Positions 18,449-28,311 of a stretch of 64,000 bases of DNA are shown here, piece after piece. Origin of the DNA: Deltaproteobacteria bacterium (lineage in GTDB: Bacteria > Myxococcota_A > Polyangia > Fen-1088); assembly GCA_033763315.1 (NCBI GenBank), contig JANRKS010000026.1, positions 32,531-96,530 on the forward strand. The letters run 5' to 3'. How positions within the stretch are numbered: the stretch's first letter is position 1; each line of letters begins with the position of its first letter. Both the position numbers and the translations under genes were made by a program. Under the pieces are notes generated by a model. The model was not told the DNA's origin, searched no databases, and worked only from the letters and a program-made list of their open reading frames with translations.

Positions 18449-21241
18449 ATGTCTTGGATTGGGTTACGTCGTAATCAAGGTGTCAAGGCAGCGATCGCTG
18501 CCGTCTTGGGTTTGCTTTCGGCTTGCCAAACCTCCGCTGTGGGCTTGCGCGACACGGCTGAGGCCGAAGATCAGCTTGCACGCGAGGGGGACGTGGGCGT
18601 AGGCCAGTTGCGATTCGAGACCTCTCAAACCCAATTGCCAAACGGACTAAAGGTCGAGTTCGATTCAGCTCAAACGCGAGGGATGGTGGGCATCTACCTC
18701 ACGATCGGCGTCGGATCGGGTGCAGACCCAGCGGGTAAAGAAGGCTTGGCTCATCTCGTGGAACATCTGGCCTTCCGTTCAAGGTCTGCCCAGTTTAACG
18801 GGCGCAGCTTGGAGGAGCATCTGCAATGGTTAGGCGGCACGTTGATGAACGCTACCACGCGCGCCGGGGATACCACCTATCACGTGTACGGCCCGAAAGC
18901 CGCCTTTCCGCAGCTCATGCAAGCCATGGCGTTGGTCTTGGATGCGCCACTTGCGGGCATCGACGCCAGGGCCGTGTCGCTGGAAGCCTCCATCGCCGCC
19001 AACGAGGTAACAGGGGCAGACGAAACGGGCTTGATGACGCCGTTGATCAACCGCGTCTATGCGCTCTTCATGCCGGACGGCAAGGGGTGGCACAGGCACG
19101 CGGCTGATACACCCGAGACCTACAAACGTTTGAGCCTTGTGGATGCCGAGTCTTTCGTAAACCAGCACTACTATCCAGCCAACGCGACCTTGCTGGTTGT
19201 CTCGGATGCTGCGCCCAAAACACTTTTGTCAAGACTGCCGCGTGGGTGGGCAAGCCGCGGCGTGAAGCCTTTGCCAACTGTTGACGTGCCGGCGAAGAAC
19301 TCACCTCAACGGGTGACCGCCCAATCGATGCCGATCGAAGGGCCATTCGACAAAGCGGGAGTTGCAGTCGTGTTCACGTTACCCAGCCTCTACGGAGATC
19401 AAGGGCATTTGAGCCGGCTCGTTACCTCACCCGACGTGGCGGACTGGTACAAGTACGAACTTGAGCAACTCGCTGACATTGACGAAGCACACGTGCTCAC
19501 GATTCCAGCGAAAGAGGCCACGGGTCTGGCAGTCTTTCTTCTGACAAAGGGGACGCCCGACGAATCGCAACTCCGTCGTTCAACCAGCGGCGTGTTGTCC
19601 CGCGCTTTCTCGGCTCACATGCCGGCGCAGCCCAGTTACTTGTCGATGCGGGACGTAGCAGCGATCGAAAAGCGCAGATTGGGATTGATGCGGGTCTTAG
19701 CCACGGCCCAGGTGCTACTTGATGATGAAAGCTTCGTAGATCGTTCGGAACGTCGCGCTCGCGCGTTTCACATGACGGGCGACGCTGGTTTCGCAAATGG
19801 CGTTATCACTCGACTTTCAAGCGCTCAGTCCGAGGACGTCGAAAGGTTTTGTGCAGGTCAATTTGCTTTCGATCAATCAAAGTCGTTCGCCTTTCGGGCA
19901 AAGCAGCCACGGGGACAGGCCGCAGCAGCCAAGGGCCCAGCAGCATCCGACGCCGTGGCACACGCGCCATCGAACGCGGCTGACGAAAGCTTGCCCGCCG
20001 TCGCGGTAAAGGCGGCTCCTGCGCTCACTGATTTGCACCGTTTTCACTTGGCTAATGGATTGGACGTGGTGATCGTGCCTTACCACGACTATCCCACCGT
20101 CACAGTTGCGATGGGCTTTAGAGGAGGCAACGCAGGCAGTCCCTCGCCGGCGGTGGCAGATCTTCTGCGTCGTATTCAACGAGTCGTTGATACAGACGGC
20201 GTGGCCAACGGCATCACCGCCGTACAGGTGGATCAGCCTGACATGGCCATCGACGTGGTTAGGGCCGGAAAGAACGCGTTGCCGAACGCGTTACTGGTTC
20301 TTGCTCAACGTATTTCGATGTCCGATGCCAATGAAGTGTGGGCGCGCCACTTCCGCACCGGACTCAGCCAACCGTCTAAGGATGCGAAGGCAAGCACCAT
20401 CGTACGTGCGAAACTCATGTCGGCGCTTTACCCTAAACATCCTTATGGCCACGTGATCGAAGCCGCGGACTACGAAAAGGTCACCGATGCCGAGCTGCGA
20501 GCTTATCTACCGATGATGCACCGGCCGGATAACACAACACTCGTGATTGCAGGTGACGTGGACGTCGCACAAACCGAAAAGCTGGTTCGCCGTCGATTTG
20601 GCAGTTGGAAGGGAGACGACCAGGCCAAGCCGCCCCGGATCCCTGCGGCGCCCGAGCCCTCACCCGGACCAAGTGCACCCATTGTCGTCTCAAAGGACGG
20701 CAGCTTGCAGGTTGACGTCACCGTCGGTTGTCGGCTGCCCGCCGCGAACGATCCATTAACGGCGGCCCGCACACTCGTGATCAAGTCGATCATCTTTTCG
20801 GCCTACTGGAAGTCGTTGCGCAGCGAACTTGGCCTTTCTTACGGTACACACGTGCAACCGACGCTATCGCAAGGCGGGAGCCACCTATTGGCTGAAACAA
20901 GCATTGATACAGACCGGTTCGCGGAAGCCTGGCCCGTGCTTGAATCGCTGTGGCACAGGTTAAAGATGGGAGAGCTGACAGACGGCGAATTGCGGGAAGC
21001 TCAACGTCTGGCGTTGGCGGCCAACAATTTGCAGGTCACGGGAAGCACTTCTTTGGCGTGGGAGGTCCTCTCAGCGATCCGCAACAAGTGGGATCCGCAG
21101 ACATACGATCAGTTTGGTTCACTCATAAACGCAGCCAACAGCAAGGCGATTCGGCGCGATCTTGCGGTATGTGCCAACTCGCGCGTAACAAGCTTGGTTG
21201 GCAGTCCAGCGGCCCTCAAGTCTGTCAGGCTCACACAGTAG
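18449..21241 (+). CDS. M16 (pitrilysin/insulinase) family zinc peptidase, two-unit, lipoprotein
   Basis: Inverted zinc motif HLVEHLAF (HxxEH); lipobox LLSAC; the second half lacks the motif, which is typical of an inactive M16C-like half. Confidence 0.85.
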   Translation: MSWIGLRRNQGVKAAIAAVLGLLSACQTSAVGLRDTAEAEDQLAREGDVGVGQLRFETSQTQLPNGLKVEFDSAQTRGMVGIYLTIGVGSGADPAGKEGLAHLVEHLAFRSRSAQFNGRSLEEHLQWLGGTLMNATTRAGDTTYHVYGPKAAFPQLMQAMALVLDAPLAGIDARAVSLEASIAANEVTGADETGLMTPLINRVYALFMPDGKGWHRHAADTPETYKRLSLVDAESFVNQHYYPANATLLVVSDAAPKTLLSRLPRGWASRGVKPLPTVDVPAKNSPQRVTAQSMPIEGPFDKAGVAVVFTLPSLYGDQGHLSRLVTSPDVADWYKYELEQLADIDEAHVLTIPAKEATGLAVFLLTKGTPDESQLRRSTSGVLSRAFSAHMPAQPSYLSMRDVAAIEKRRLGLMRVLATAQVLLDDESFVDRSERRARAFHMTGDAGFANGVITRLSSAQSEDVERFCAGQFAFDQSKSFAFRAKQPRGQAAAAKGPAASDAVAHAPSNAADESLPAVAVKAAPALTDLHRFHLANGLDVVIVPYHDYPTVTVAMGFRGGNAGSPSPAVADLLRRIQRVVDTDGVANGITAVQVDQPDMAIDVVRAGKNALPNALLVLAQRISMSDANEVWARHFRTGLSQPSKDAKASTIVRAKLMSALYPKHPYGHVIEAADYEKVTDAELRAYLPMMHRPDNTTLVIAGDVDVAQTEKLVRRRFGSWKGDDQAKPPRIPAAPEPSPGPSAPIVVSKDGSLQVDVTVGCRLPAANDPLTAARTLVIKSIIFSAYWKSLRSELGLSYGTHVQPTLSQGGSHLLAETSIDTDRFAEAWPVLESLWHRLKMGELTDGELREAQRLALAANNLQVTGSTSLAWEVLSAIRNKWDPQTYDQFGSLINAANSKAIRRDLAVCANSRVTSLVGSPAALKSVRLTQ

Positions 21242-21248
21242 GGTCACC

Positions 21249-21830
21249 ATGGACACGAATATCACCGTCGATGCCTTCATGACCCGCGCCAAAGCCTGGA
21301 AGGGCGAAATGCTGAAGCTGCGAGGAATCTTGCTTGATTGCGGGCTCGACGAAGCCCTGAAGTGGGGCAAGCCGTGTTACGCCTTCGAGGGCGCGAACGT
21401 GGCAATCATCCAGCCCTTTAAGGAGCAATGTGCGCTTATGTTTTTCAAGGGCGTTTTGCTCAAGGACACCCACAAGCGCCTTCGCAGCCAAGGAGAAAAC
21501 AGCCAGTCCGCCATGCGCCTGGAGTTCACGAGCGAAGCCGACATCACGGCCGCGTTGGTGAAGTCATACGTGAAGCAGGCGATCGCGGTGGAAAAGGCGG
21601 GGCTCAAAGTCGAGTTTAAGGCCAAGCAGGAGATCGATCTGCCGGAAGAGCTGACCCAGGTGTTCAAGAAGAACCGCAGCTTCGCCAAAGCCTTTGAAGC
21701 TTTGACGCCCGGGCGCCAGCGCGCCTACGTCCTGCACTTCAACGGAGCCAAACAATCACAGACGCGCACGGCCCGCATCGAAAAGTGCATGCCCCGGATC
21801 CTAGCGGGACTGGGCATGAACGATCGTTAG
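21249..21830 (+). CDS. DUF1801 + YdeI/OmpD-associated family protein
   Basis: N-terminus KWGKPCYAFEGANVAIIQPFKEQCALMFFKG; C-terminus PGRQRAYVLHFNGAKQSQTRTARIEKCMPRI. Confidence 0.75.
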   Translation: MDTNITVDAFMTRAKAWKGEMLKLRGILLDCGLDEALKWGKPCYAFEGANVAIIQPFKEQCALMFFKGVLLKDTHKRLRSQGENSQSAMRLEFTSEADITAALVKSYVKQAIAVEKAGLKVEFKAKQEIDLPEELTQVFKKNRSFAKAFEALTPGRQRAYVLHFNGAKQSQTRTARIEKCMPRILAGLGMNDR

Positions 21831-22095
21831 CGGATGTCACCGAGCGCGTCAGTTCGAATCTCCGCAGATGAACGACAGACCGAAGTCAGCGCTCGTGTCC
21901 TTTGCACACTTACCGTTCACACAGGCGCCGCCCACAGGTTGAATTTTGGTGCACGCACCGGTTTTGCCGGAGCAGCTTAGGCCATCAGCCACATGGCATA
22001 AAAACACCTTAAGCAGGACATCATCGGATTGCGTGCCACGCCATAAGTGAGGTTGCCGTCCACGGTTCCGGCGCACGGGGGCAAAGGCTAGGACA

Positions 22096-22716
22096 CTACG
22101 GTCCGCCCGCTCTTTGCCGCGCAAGCTCGGCTTCAAGCTCACCGATGCGTTTGTCTCGCATCGCCAAAGCCGCATTCACATCCGCCGCCTCTAAGCGGAT
22201 AGGGATGTGCTGTGGGCAATTCGAATCCCATGCCTTCACCGTAAACAAGATGGCTCGCTCGGGCTTGGCCTCGTATCCCTGTGGCATCAACGAAGCCACA
22301 AGATCGGGATCGTCCTCAACCACTTTCGCGACGCCCCAGATCTTTACACGCCTTTGGTGCGTGTAATCCATCAGGAACAGATGTGCTTTGGGGTTCTCCG
22401 CCAAGTTGCCCAACGAGATGTACTGCCGGTTGCCGCGAAAGTCCGCGAAGCCCAGCGTGTGTTCGTCGATGACGCGCAGAAATCCCTTGGGGCCGCCTCG
22501 GTGTTGAATGTACGGCTGCCCAAGCGCGTTCGCCGTGGCGAGGTAAACGCTGGTCTGCTCAAAGATAAAAGCTGCAAGATCTTCGGTGATCGTGGTTTCC
22601 CACCCTTCCCCTTGCTCCATCCGCGCGTAAGCGTGCCGCGAGCCTTTGCTCTTCTGGATGGCCTTGACCGTGTCAGTGAAGGCGATGTCGCTGGGAACAA
22701 TCTTGTGTGCCGTCAT
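22096..22716 (-). CDS. Pyridoxamine-5'-phosphate-oxidase-family (FMN-binding split-barrel) protein
   Basis: VYLATANALGQPYIQHRGGPKGFLRVIDEHTLGFADFRGNRQYISLGNL is typical of the family. Confidence 0.8.
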   Translation of the reverse strand: MTAHKIVPSDIAFTDTVKAIQKSKGSRHAYARMEQGEGWETTITEDLAAFIFEQTSVYLATANALGQPYIQHRGGPKGFLRVIDEHTLGFADFRGNRQYISLGNLAENPKAHLFLMDYTHQRRVKIWGVAKVVEDDPDLVASLMPQGYEAKPERAILFTVKAWDSNCPQHIPIRLEAADVNAALAMRDKRIGELEAELARQRAGGP

Positions 22717-22742
22717 GTCTGCCCCCTTTGCGGCGCGAGAGC

Positions 22743-23207
22743 TTACAACCCCAACGCCGTCAGGCCCGGGTGATCCTCCGGACGTGGCCCGAGCGGCCAA
22801 TGAAACAAACGTTCATCCGCACGGATGCGTACGTCATTGATGCTGGCTTCGCGCCGGCGCATCAAGCCGTGCTCATCAAACTCCCACTGCTCGTTGCCGT
22901 GCGCGCGCGTCCAAACGCCGCTTTCATCGTGACATTCATAAACGAAGCGAACGGCAATGCGGTTATCGGCGAACGCCCACACTTCTTTGATGAGGCGGTA
23001 GTCGAGTTCGGTTTGCCACTTGCGCACCAAGAAGGCTTCGATGGCGGCACGGCCGGAAAAGAACTGTGAGCGGTTACGCCAGCGGCTATCTGGTGTGTAC
23101 GCCGCGGCCACCCGCGCAGGATCGCGGGTGTTCCATGCGTTCTCGGCCATACGCGCCTTTTGCGCGGCAGTGTGGGCAGTGAAAGGTGGCAGCGGCGGTC
23201 GGTCCAT
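22743..23207 (-). CDS. DUF1348 / NTF2-like family protein
   Basis: [59 protein letters not shown] matches my memory of DUF1348. Confidence 0.75.
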   Translation of the reverse strand: MDRPPLPPFTAHTAAQKARMAENAWNTRDPARVAAAYTPDSRWRNRSQFFSGRAAIEAFLVRKWQTELDYRLIKEVWAFADNRIAVRFVYECHDESGVWTRAHGNEQWEFDEHGLMRRREASINDVRIRADERLFHWPLGPRPEDHPGLTALGL

Positions 23208-23226
23208 GTGTTGATCCTTGTGAGTG

Positions 23227-23775
23227 TTATCGATGGTGGTGCGCAACGACGGGAAAATCTATTTCGGTCCCGGCCACCACATTGACGTAGTTGGTAAGCG
23301 TATTCAAAGCGACATGCAAAACGATCTCAATGATCTGAGCGTCGTTGTAGCCTGCGTCCTTGACCGCCTGCACGTCGGCATCTGTCACATGACCGCGGGC
23401 GCGCACGACTTTGCCAGCGAAATTTAGAGCCGCCGCCGCTTTGGCGTCAGTGGAACCACCCTCGCGATTGGCCTGCATTTCCGCATCGTCCAGCTTTGTG
23501 GCGTGCTTGCCAAGGTACGTGTGCGCGGATAGGCAATAATCGCAGCCATTGGTCTCGGCCACAACCAAAGCCAAGCGCGCCCGCGTTCGCGCATCCAAAT
23601 GGCCTTTGCCGAGGGCCCCACTGAGCCCCAAGTAGCCTTCAAGCGCTGCGGGGCTGTTGCCCACAACGCGAAACAAGTTGGGTACAGAACCCAATTGCTT
23701 CTTCACCGCTTCAAGCAGCGGCTGCGAAGCTGCAGGTGAAGACTCAACGGACGACGGCGTGGCGATGCGTGACAT
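23227..23775 (-). CDS. Carboxymuconolactone decarboxylase / AhpD-like alkylhydroperoxidase family protein
   Basis: [18 protein letters not shown] (CxxC..H motif); RBS AAGGA before ATG 23775. Confidence 0.85.
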   Translation of the reverse strand: MSRIATPSSVESSPAASQPLLEAVKKQLGSVPNLFRVVGNSPAALEGYLGLSGALGKGHLDARTRARLALVVAETNGCDYCLSAHTYLGKHATKLDDAEMQANREGGSTDAKAAAALNFAGKVVRARGHVTDADVQAVKDAGYNDAQIIEIVLHVALNTLTNYVNVVAGTEIDFPVVAHHHR

Positions 23776-23871
23776 GAGTGATCCTTTGGTAGGGGGCCAC
23801 CGCACTGGCGGCCCGATGCTCAAAAGGATGCGTCATTGCATATGGAACAACAATAATCGCATGGTGCAAGT

Positions 23872-23888
23872 CACTATTGCGTATAGTG
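23872..23888. promoter_or_regulatory. Inverted repeat in the AT-rich LysR divergent intergenic region (candidate LysR box)
   Basis: CACTAT-N5-ATAGTG, flanked by repeated GTGCAA/TTGCA elements, lies between the AhpD-like operon start (23775) and the LysR start (23900). Confidence 0.35.
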
Positions 23889-23899
23889 CAACAATCTAA

Positions 23900-24796
23900 A
23901 TGGACCGTCTGGATGCGATGACAGTGTTTGTGGCGGTGGCCGAGCAGCGCGGGTTCGCCCCTGCCGCTCGGCGTCTCCGTATTTCAGCGTCGGCAGCCAC
24001 CCGCATGGTGGCGGGCCTTGAAGATAAACTTGGCATCCGGCTGCTCACGCGCACCACGCGGTCCGTAACGCTAACAAGCGCAGGGTCTCGCTTCTTGGAA
24101 CGCGCACGGCAGATCCTGTCTGATGTCGCTGAAGCTGAGAACGCCGCGCAGCAAGAACGAACAACACCCACGGGCCGCTTCGTGGTGGCGGCGCCGCTGA
24201 TGTTTGGGCGCATGCACGTCGCGCCGTTGATGTGCACCTATCTTTCTAAATACCCTCGCGTGCGCGGCGAGCTGACGCTTGCCGATCGTTTGGTGAATCT
24301 TGTGGACGATGGCATTGACGCCGCGATTCGCATCGGCATTTTAGAAGACTCAAGCCTCGTGGCCCGCCTCGTTGGCGCCACCAGACGCGTTGTCGTTGCG
24401 TCACCTGCCTACCTTGAAAGGCACCGCAAGATCCACAAGCCGAACGATTTGACCGCGCACAAACTCATTCAATGCACGGCGCTCGCATCCAACCCAGAAT
24501 GGCGTTTCTTTGACGGTGACAAGGAGACGCGCGTTGGGTTCGCACCAAGCTACATCACGAACAGCGCCGATGCGGCGATAGCGCATGCCGCAGCCTCAGG
24601 TGGGCTCACGATGGCGCTGTCTTACCAGGTGAGGGAAGCTGTAAAGGCGCGGAAACTGCGGATCGTACTGGCAACATTTGAACCGCCACCTTTGCCCATC
24701 CACGTCGTGTACCCGACCACTCGGTTGTTATCGGCCAAGGTGAGAGCCTTCACGGATCTTGTGGCAACGCTCGACTGGCAATTCGTGAGCCTCTAG
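23900..24796 (+). CDS. LysR family transcriptional regulator
   Basis: N-terminal HTH MDRLDAMTVFVAVAEQRGFAPAARRLRISASAATRMVAGLEDKLGIRLLTRTTRSVTLT. It is divergent from a three-gene operon. Confidence 0.9.
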   Translation: MDRLDAMTVFVAVAEQRGFAPAARRLRISASAATRMVAGLEDKLGIRLLTRTTRSVTLTSAGSRFLERARQILSDVAEAENAAQQERTTPTGRFVVAAPLMFGRMHVAPLMCTYLSKYPRVRGELTLADRLVNLVDDGIDAAIRIGILEDSSLVARLVGATRRVVVASPAYLERHRKIHKPNDLTAHKLIQCTALASNPEWRFFDGDKETRVGFAPSYITNSADAAIAHAAASGGLTMALSYQVREAVKARKLRIVLATFEPPPLPIHVVYPTTRLLSAKVRAFTDLVATLDWQFVSL

Positions 24797-24833
24797 CCAA
24801 GTGTGGCTCTTTCGCGGGTGTGAGGCCAATGTC

Positions 24834-25463
24834 ATGCTCCGTGCCATGAAGAACTGGAAGCTTTTGTCGATGCTCGGAATGTTCGCCACGATTGGTGGCT
24901 TCGTGGCCTGTTCAGACGACGGTGAAGATGCCGTGGCTCTCTGCAACAAAACGTGTGACAAGGTCGTCGCGTGCACCCCTGAGGCAAAGCCTTTTTTGGC
25001 TACCTGCAAAGACGCGTGCAAAGAGCCCGCGAAAGGCAACGGGACGTGCACAAACGAATCCGCGATCGTTTCGAAGGTCAAAACGTGTTTGTCTGAAAGC
25101 TGCACGACGTTCCAGACTTGTTTGGAACAAGTGCCCGAATGCGTAGGTGCGGGCACTGGCGGCACGAGTGGCAGCGGCGGTTCCACGGGCGCGGGCGGGA
25201 GCACGGGTTCTGGCGGCACGCTCGGCAGCGGCGGCTCTACCGGCACAGGGGGCACAAGCGGCAGCGCCGATTGCAGCGTGTGTGCGAAGGCGGACACCTG
25301 CTGCGCGGCATTGAGAACACAGGGCGGCGATCCCGGCGATTGCGACTTCAAAACCTCGTGCGATGAGCAGAAGAATAACCCGCAAGGGCTTTCGGCGATC
25401 GTGCAAGCGTGCAACCTCCTGCTCTCGACGGGCAGCTCCGCCGGCGTGCAAGCCTGCAAGTAA
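24834..25463 (+). CDS. Cys-rich lipoprotein with a Gly/Ser/Thr linker
   Basis: Lipobox GFVAC; two Cys-rich modules separated by a (GGSTG)n-like linker; GC3-rich frame. Confidence 0.65.
   Translation: MLRAMKNWKLLSMLGMFATIGGFVACSDDGEDAVALCNKTCDKVVACTPEAKPFLATCKDACKEPAKGNGTCTNESAIVSKVKTCLSESCTTFQTCLEQVPECVGAGTGGTSGSGGSTGAGGSTGSGGTLGSGGSTGTGGTSGSADCSVCAKADTCCAALRTQGGDPGDCDFKTSCDEQKNNPQGLSAIVQACNLLLSTGSSAGVQACK
25146..25266 (+). repeat. Imperfect 15-nt tandem repeats encoding a GGSTG-type linker
   Basis: Translates to GTGGTSGSGGSTGAGGSTGSGGTLGSGGSTGTGGTSGS within the lipoprotein CDS. Confidence 0.7.
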
Positions 25464-25536
25464 TAGTGCCCCCCCTTATGCAACAAAGCCCCGCAGCGCT
25501 GCGCGCGACGGGGCTTTGTACGCTCTACACCTGGGC

Positions 25537-26775
25537 TTAGTGCTCGGCCTTCTTCGCCAAGCGCGCGCCTTTGGGTTGATCGATCGCGCTTAACAGCTCG
25601 CCAAACCAAGGCGCATCAATGTCGAAGGGTTTGCCGCCCTTGATGCGGGTGAATTCAATGGCGCGCAGACGTCCACCGCGATCTTCATCGTGGCCCACAA
25701 CGCCCGATTCGCCGCGCAGACCGCACTCCACAGCGTGGTCCACCATGCTTTGAATCAAACGCAGGTCATCGGCATTGGCCGCCGCCGCACGCGCAAAGTA
25801 GCCAGACTTTTGCACCAAGGTTTTCTCGGCGCCCACGAGCTTCGAGAATTGTTCAGAGAACCATTTGCCCACGTTCACTGTATCAAGCTTCGGATGGCCA
25901 AAGGCATCGCGTGGCACCGATTGCCCACGTGATTCCATCTCACGGATGATCTGATCCACGCATGCACCTTCGGAGACGAAGATGTTCACGCAGTCTTGCG
26001 TGTCCATGACCTTGCGCAAGCGCGCCGCCTCGCTGTCGAGATCCACATTCATCTCGGGCACGAACACAGCATCGATGTCCAGGTGTGAACGATCCAGATT
26101 GAAGCCCACGGGGAACGCGCGACGCTGCAAGCGCTCGCGGTAGACCTTCGCGGTGTAAGCCGTTAACCAGCCACAGTTGCGGCCCATCACCTCGTGAATG
26201 ATCAACGTACGTGGGTTGGCCGATTGCTCGTTCACCAGGTTCTCGAAGTAAATCGCGCCCTGTTCGGCGGCGGTCCACGCACCCAACGATTGTTTGATGG
26301 GGAAAACGTCGTTGTCGATCGTCTTCGGCAAGCCCACCACGGTCAGCTTGTAACCGTTCTTTTGAAGGTAGGCGGCAAGATCGGCCGCTGTGGTGTTGGT
26401 GTCATCGCCACCCACCGTGTGCAAGATGGTGATGCCATCGTTCGCCAGCCGTTGCGCCGCCACTTCCAAGGCATTTTGCCCTGCCTTGATGAGCCCGCGC
26501 TTCAAGCAGTCGTCGGTGTTGGTGAGCTTTACGCGGCTGTTGCCGATGGGGCTGCCTCCGTGGCTGTGCAGGATGTGAGCGTTTTGGCGCGTCGCCTCGT
26601 TCACCATAACGCTGTTGCCCAGCAACAAACCTTTGTACCCGTGCAGGTAGCAAGCGATTTGAACCTCTGGGGCAAGCTCGGTGTAGCGCCCGATCAACCC
26701 GCCCACGGCGGACGAGAGGCAGGGCGCCAGGCCCCCAGCGGTTAAAATGCCAACTTTTTGGTTCGTTACGTTCAC
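25537..26775 (-). CDS. pfp: Pyrophosphate-dependent 6-phosphofructokinase (PPi-PFK)
   Basis: VGILTAGGLAPCLSS plus TVGGDDTNTT. GGDD rather than GGDG is the PPi-type signature. GTG start follows RBS GGAGGAA. Confidence 0.85.
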   Translation of the reverse strand: MNVTNQKVGILTAGGLAPCLSSAVGGLIGRYTELAPEVQIACYLHGYKGLLLGNSVMVNEATRQNAHILHSHGGSPIGNSRVKLTNTDDCLKRGLIKAGQNALEVAAQRLANDGITILHTVGGDDTNTTAADLAAYLQKNGYKLTVVGLPKTIDNDVFPIKQSLGAWTAAEQGAIYFENLVNEQSANPRTLIIHEVMGRNCGWLTAYTAKVYRERLQRRAFPVGFNLDRSHLDIDAVFVPEMNVDLDSEAARLRKVMDTQDCVNIFVSEGACVDQIIREMESRGQSVPRDAFGHPKLDTVNVGKWFSEQFSKLVGAEKTLVQKSGYFARAAAANADDLRLIQSMVDHAVECGLRGESGVVGHDEDRGGRLRAIEFTRIKGGKPFDIDAPWFGELLSAIDQPKGARLAKKAEH

Positions 26776-26786
26776 GGGGTTCCTCC

Positions 26787-26811
26787 GAAAAAATGAAGCG
26801 CCCTAGGGCGC
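26787..26811 (-). terminator. Palindrome plus T-run between the MFS and pfp genes (terminator/attenuator-like)
   Basis: GCGCCCTAGGGCGC (26798-26811) is followed on the minus strand by TTCATTTTTTC, ending 6 nt before the pfp RBS. Confidence 0.35.
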
Positions 26812-26936
26812 AGGATCTAAACGCGGTTCAAGAACGAAGCGGGAACGCTGCGGCGTTCGCGCCAGACAATGGCCTTCAAATGTAGCACCAGCGTTTATCG
26901 GGGGCGCCCGCATTTCGCAAGGGCCCCCGCAACGCG

Positions 26937-28241
26937 TTAGTTAAGCTCTACGGCGGCGCTTGTGCGGTGACTGCCACGCACCGCATACCAGATGAGATAG
27001 GCGTAGCAAACCATGGGCACCACGAACGACGGGTGCACGCCCACTTTGTCGGCCAACACGCCTTGCAGCAACGGCACAATGGCTCCACCTACAATGGCCA
27101 TACACAGCAAGCCCGAGCCCTTGGAAGTCAAAGCGCCAAGGCCGTCCAACGCTAAGGTGAAGATCGTGGGGAACATGATCGAGTTGAACAACCCAATGGC
27201 CAACACGCTCCACATCGCGACGCTGCCCGATGTGCTCATGGTAACCGCCAGCAAGATCACCACGGCCGTCACGTGGAGGGCCAGAACCTTCGATGGCTTC
27301 CACATCCGCAGCGTCACAGTGCCAATGAACCGGCCGACCATGGCGCCGCCCCAATAATAGGAAACCAAGCGTGCGCCGTCGGTTTCGGTAAGGCCACCAA
27401 TCGCCGGCTCCTTGAAGTAATTCACCAAAAAGCTGCCCACCGACACTTCGCCGCCCACGTAAGCAAAGATGCCAACGGCGCCCCAGATGAGATGACGGTG
27501 CGCCAACAGGGCGCCAAAGCCGCTGCTGGTCGTTTCCGAGTGACCCTCTATTTTCGGCAGCTTCACCACCGCCATCAGCACGCCCAACACCAGAAGCGCA
27601 ATGGCCAAACCAACATAAGGCAACTGCACGGATTGAGCTTCGGCCAAACGATAAGCGTCAGCATCCGCCGTCGGCATACTGGCAAGTTCCGCAGCGCTTT
27701 TGCTGGCCACAGCCAAGATCAACGCCGAGCCGAAAAACGGTGCCAGCGTCGTAGCCAACGAATTAAACGCTTGTGCCATGGTCAGCCGCGACGAAGCGGT
27801 TTCGGGTGGGCCCAACACCGCAACGAAGGGATTGGCCGACACTTGCAAGATTGTGATGCCGCCAGCCAACACGAATAGCGCACCCAAGAACATTTCATAA
27901 CTGCGCGCGCTGGCCGCCGGATAGAACCCGAAACAGCCAAGCGCTGCCGTGGCCAAACCAATCACGATGCCCTTGTGGTAACCCACCCGCGACACCAAAC
28001 GGCCCGCTGGAAGGGACACGATGAAGTACGCGGCGAAGAACACCGTTTGCACCAGCATCGCCTTGGCGTAGCTCAGTGAGAAGGCGGCCTTGAAGTGTGG
28101 GATCAAGATGTCGTTCAAGCATGTGAGGAAGCCCCACATGAAAAACAGCGACGTCAACACCGACAACGCGAAACGATGGTTGTCAGTCGCATGCCCGCTG
28201 GGGGCAGCGCTAACGGGAAGGGATACGTGTGCTCCGGCCAT
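26937..28241 (-). CDS. Sugar MFS transporter (FucP / glucose-galactose GluP family)
   Basis: [19 protein letters not shown] is the typical FucP/GluP N-terminal motif. About 12 TM segments. ATG 28241 avoids overlap with the next gene. Confidence 0.85.
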   Translation of the reverse strand: MAGAHVSLPVSAAPSGHATDNHRFALSVLTSLFFMWGFLTCLNDILIPHFKAAFSLSYAKAMLVQTVFFAAYFIVSLPAGRLVSRVGYHKGIVIGLATAALGCFGFYPAASARSYEMFLGALFVLAGGITILQVSANPFVAVLGPPETASSRLTMAQAFNSLATTLAPFFGSALILAVASKSAAELASMPTADADAYRLAEAQSVQLPYVGLAIALLVLGVLMAVVKLPKIEGHSETTSSGFGALLAHRHLIWGAVGIFAYVGGEVSVGSFLVNYFKEPAIGGLTETDGARLVSYYWGGAMVGRFIGTVTLRMWKPSKVLALHVTAVVILLAVTMSTSGSVAMWSVLAIGLFNSIMFPTIFTLALDGLGALTSKGSGLLCMAIVGGAIVPLLQGVLADKVGVHPSFVVPMVCYAYLIWYAVRGSHRTSAAVELN

Positions 28242-28311
28242 GGGAATCGCTTTCGAAAGAGGGCGCCTGCACCCGCGCAGGCAAGGCCGGGCATTCTTCG
28301 GTGCCTGCGGC

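Noticed and set aside
25146-25266. Short tandem repeats and Gly-rich repeat tracts (25146-25266, about 15690-15850, about 52850-52990) as possible CRISPR, VNTR or contingency loci.
   Set aside because: They are in frame within lipoprotein genes and encode Gly/Ser/Thr linkers. The repeats are imperfect with no spacer-repeat periodicity. No CRISPR-like array or cas gene is present in the window.
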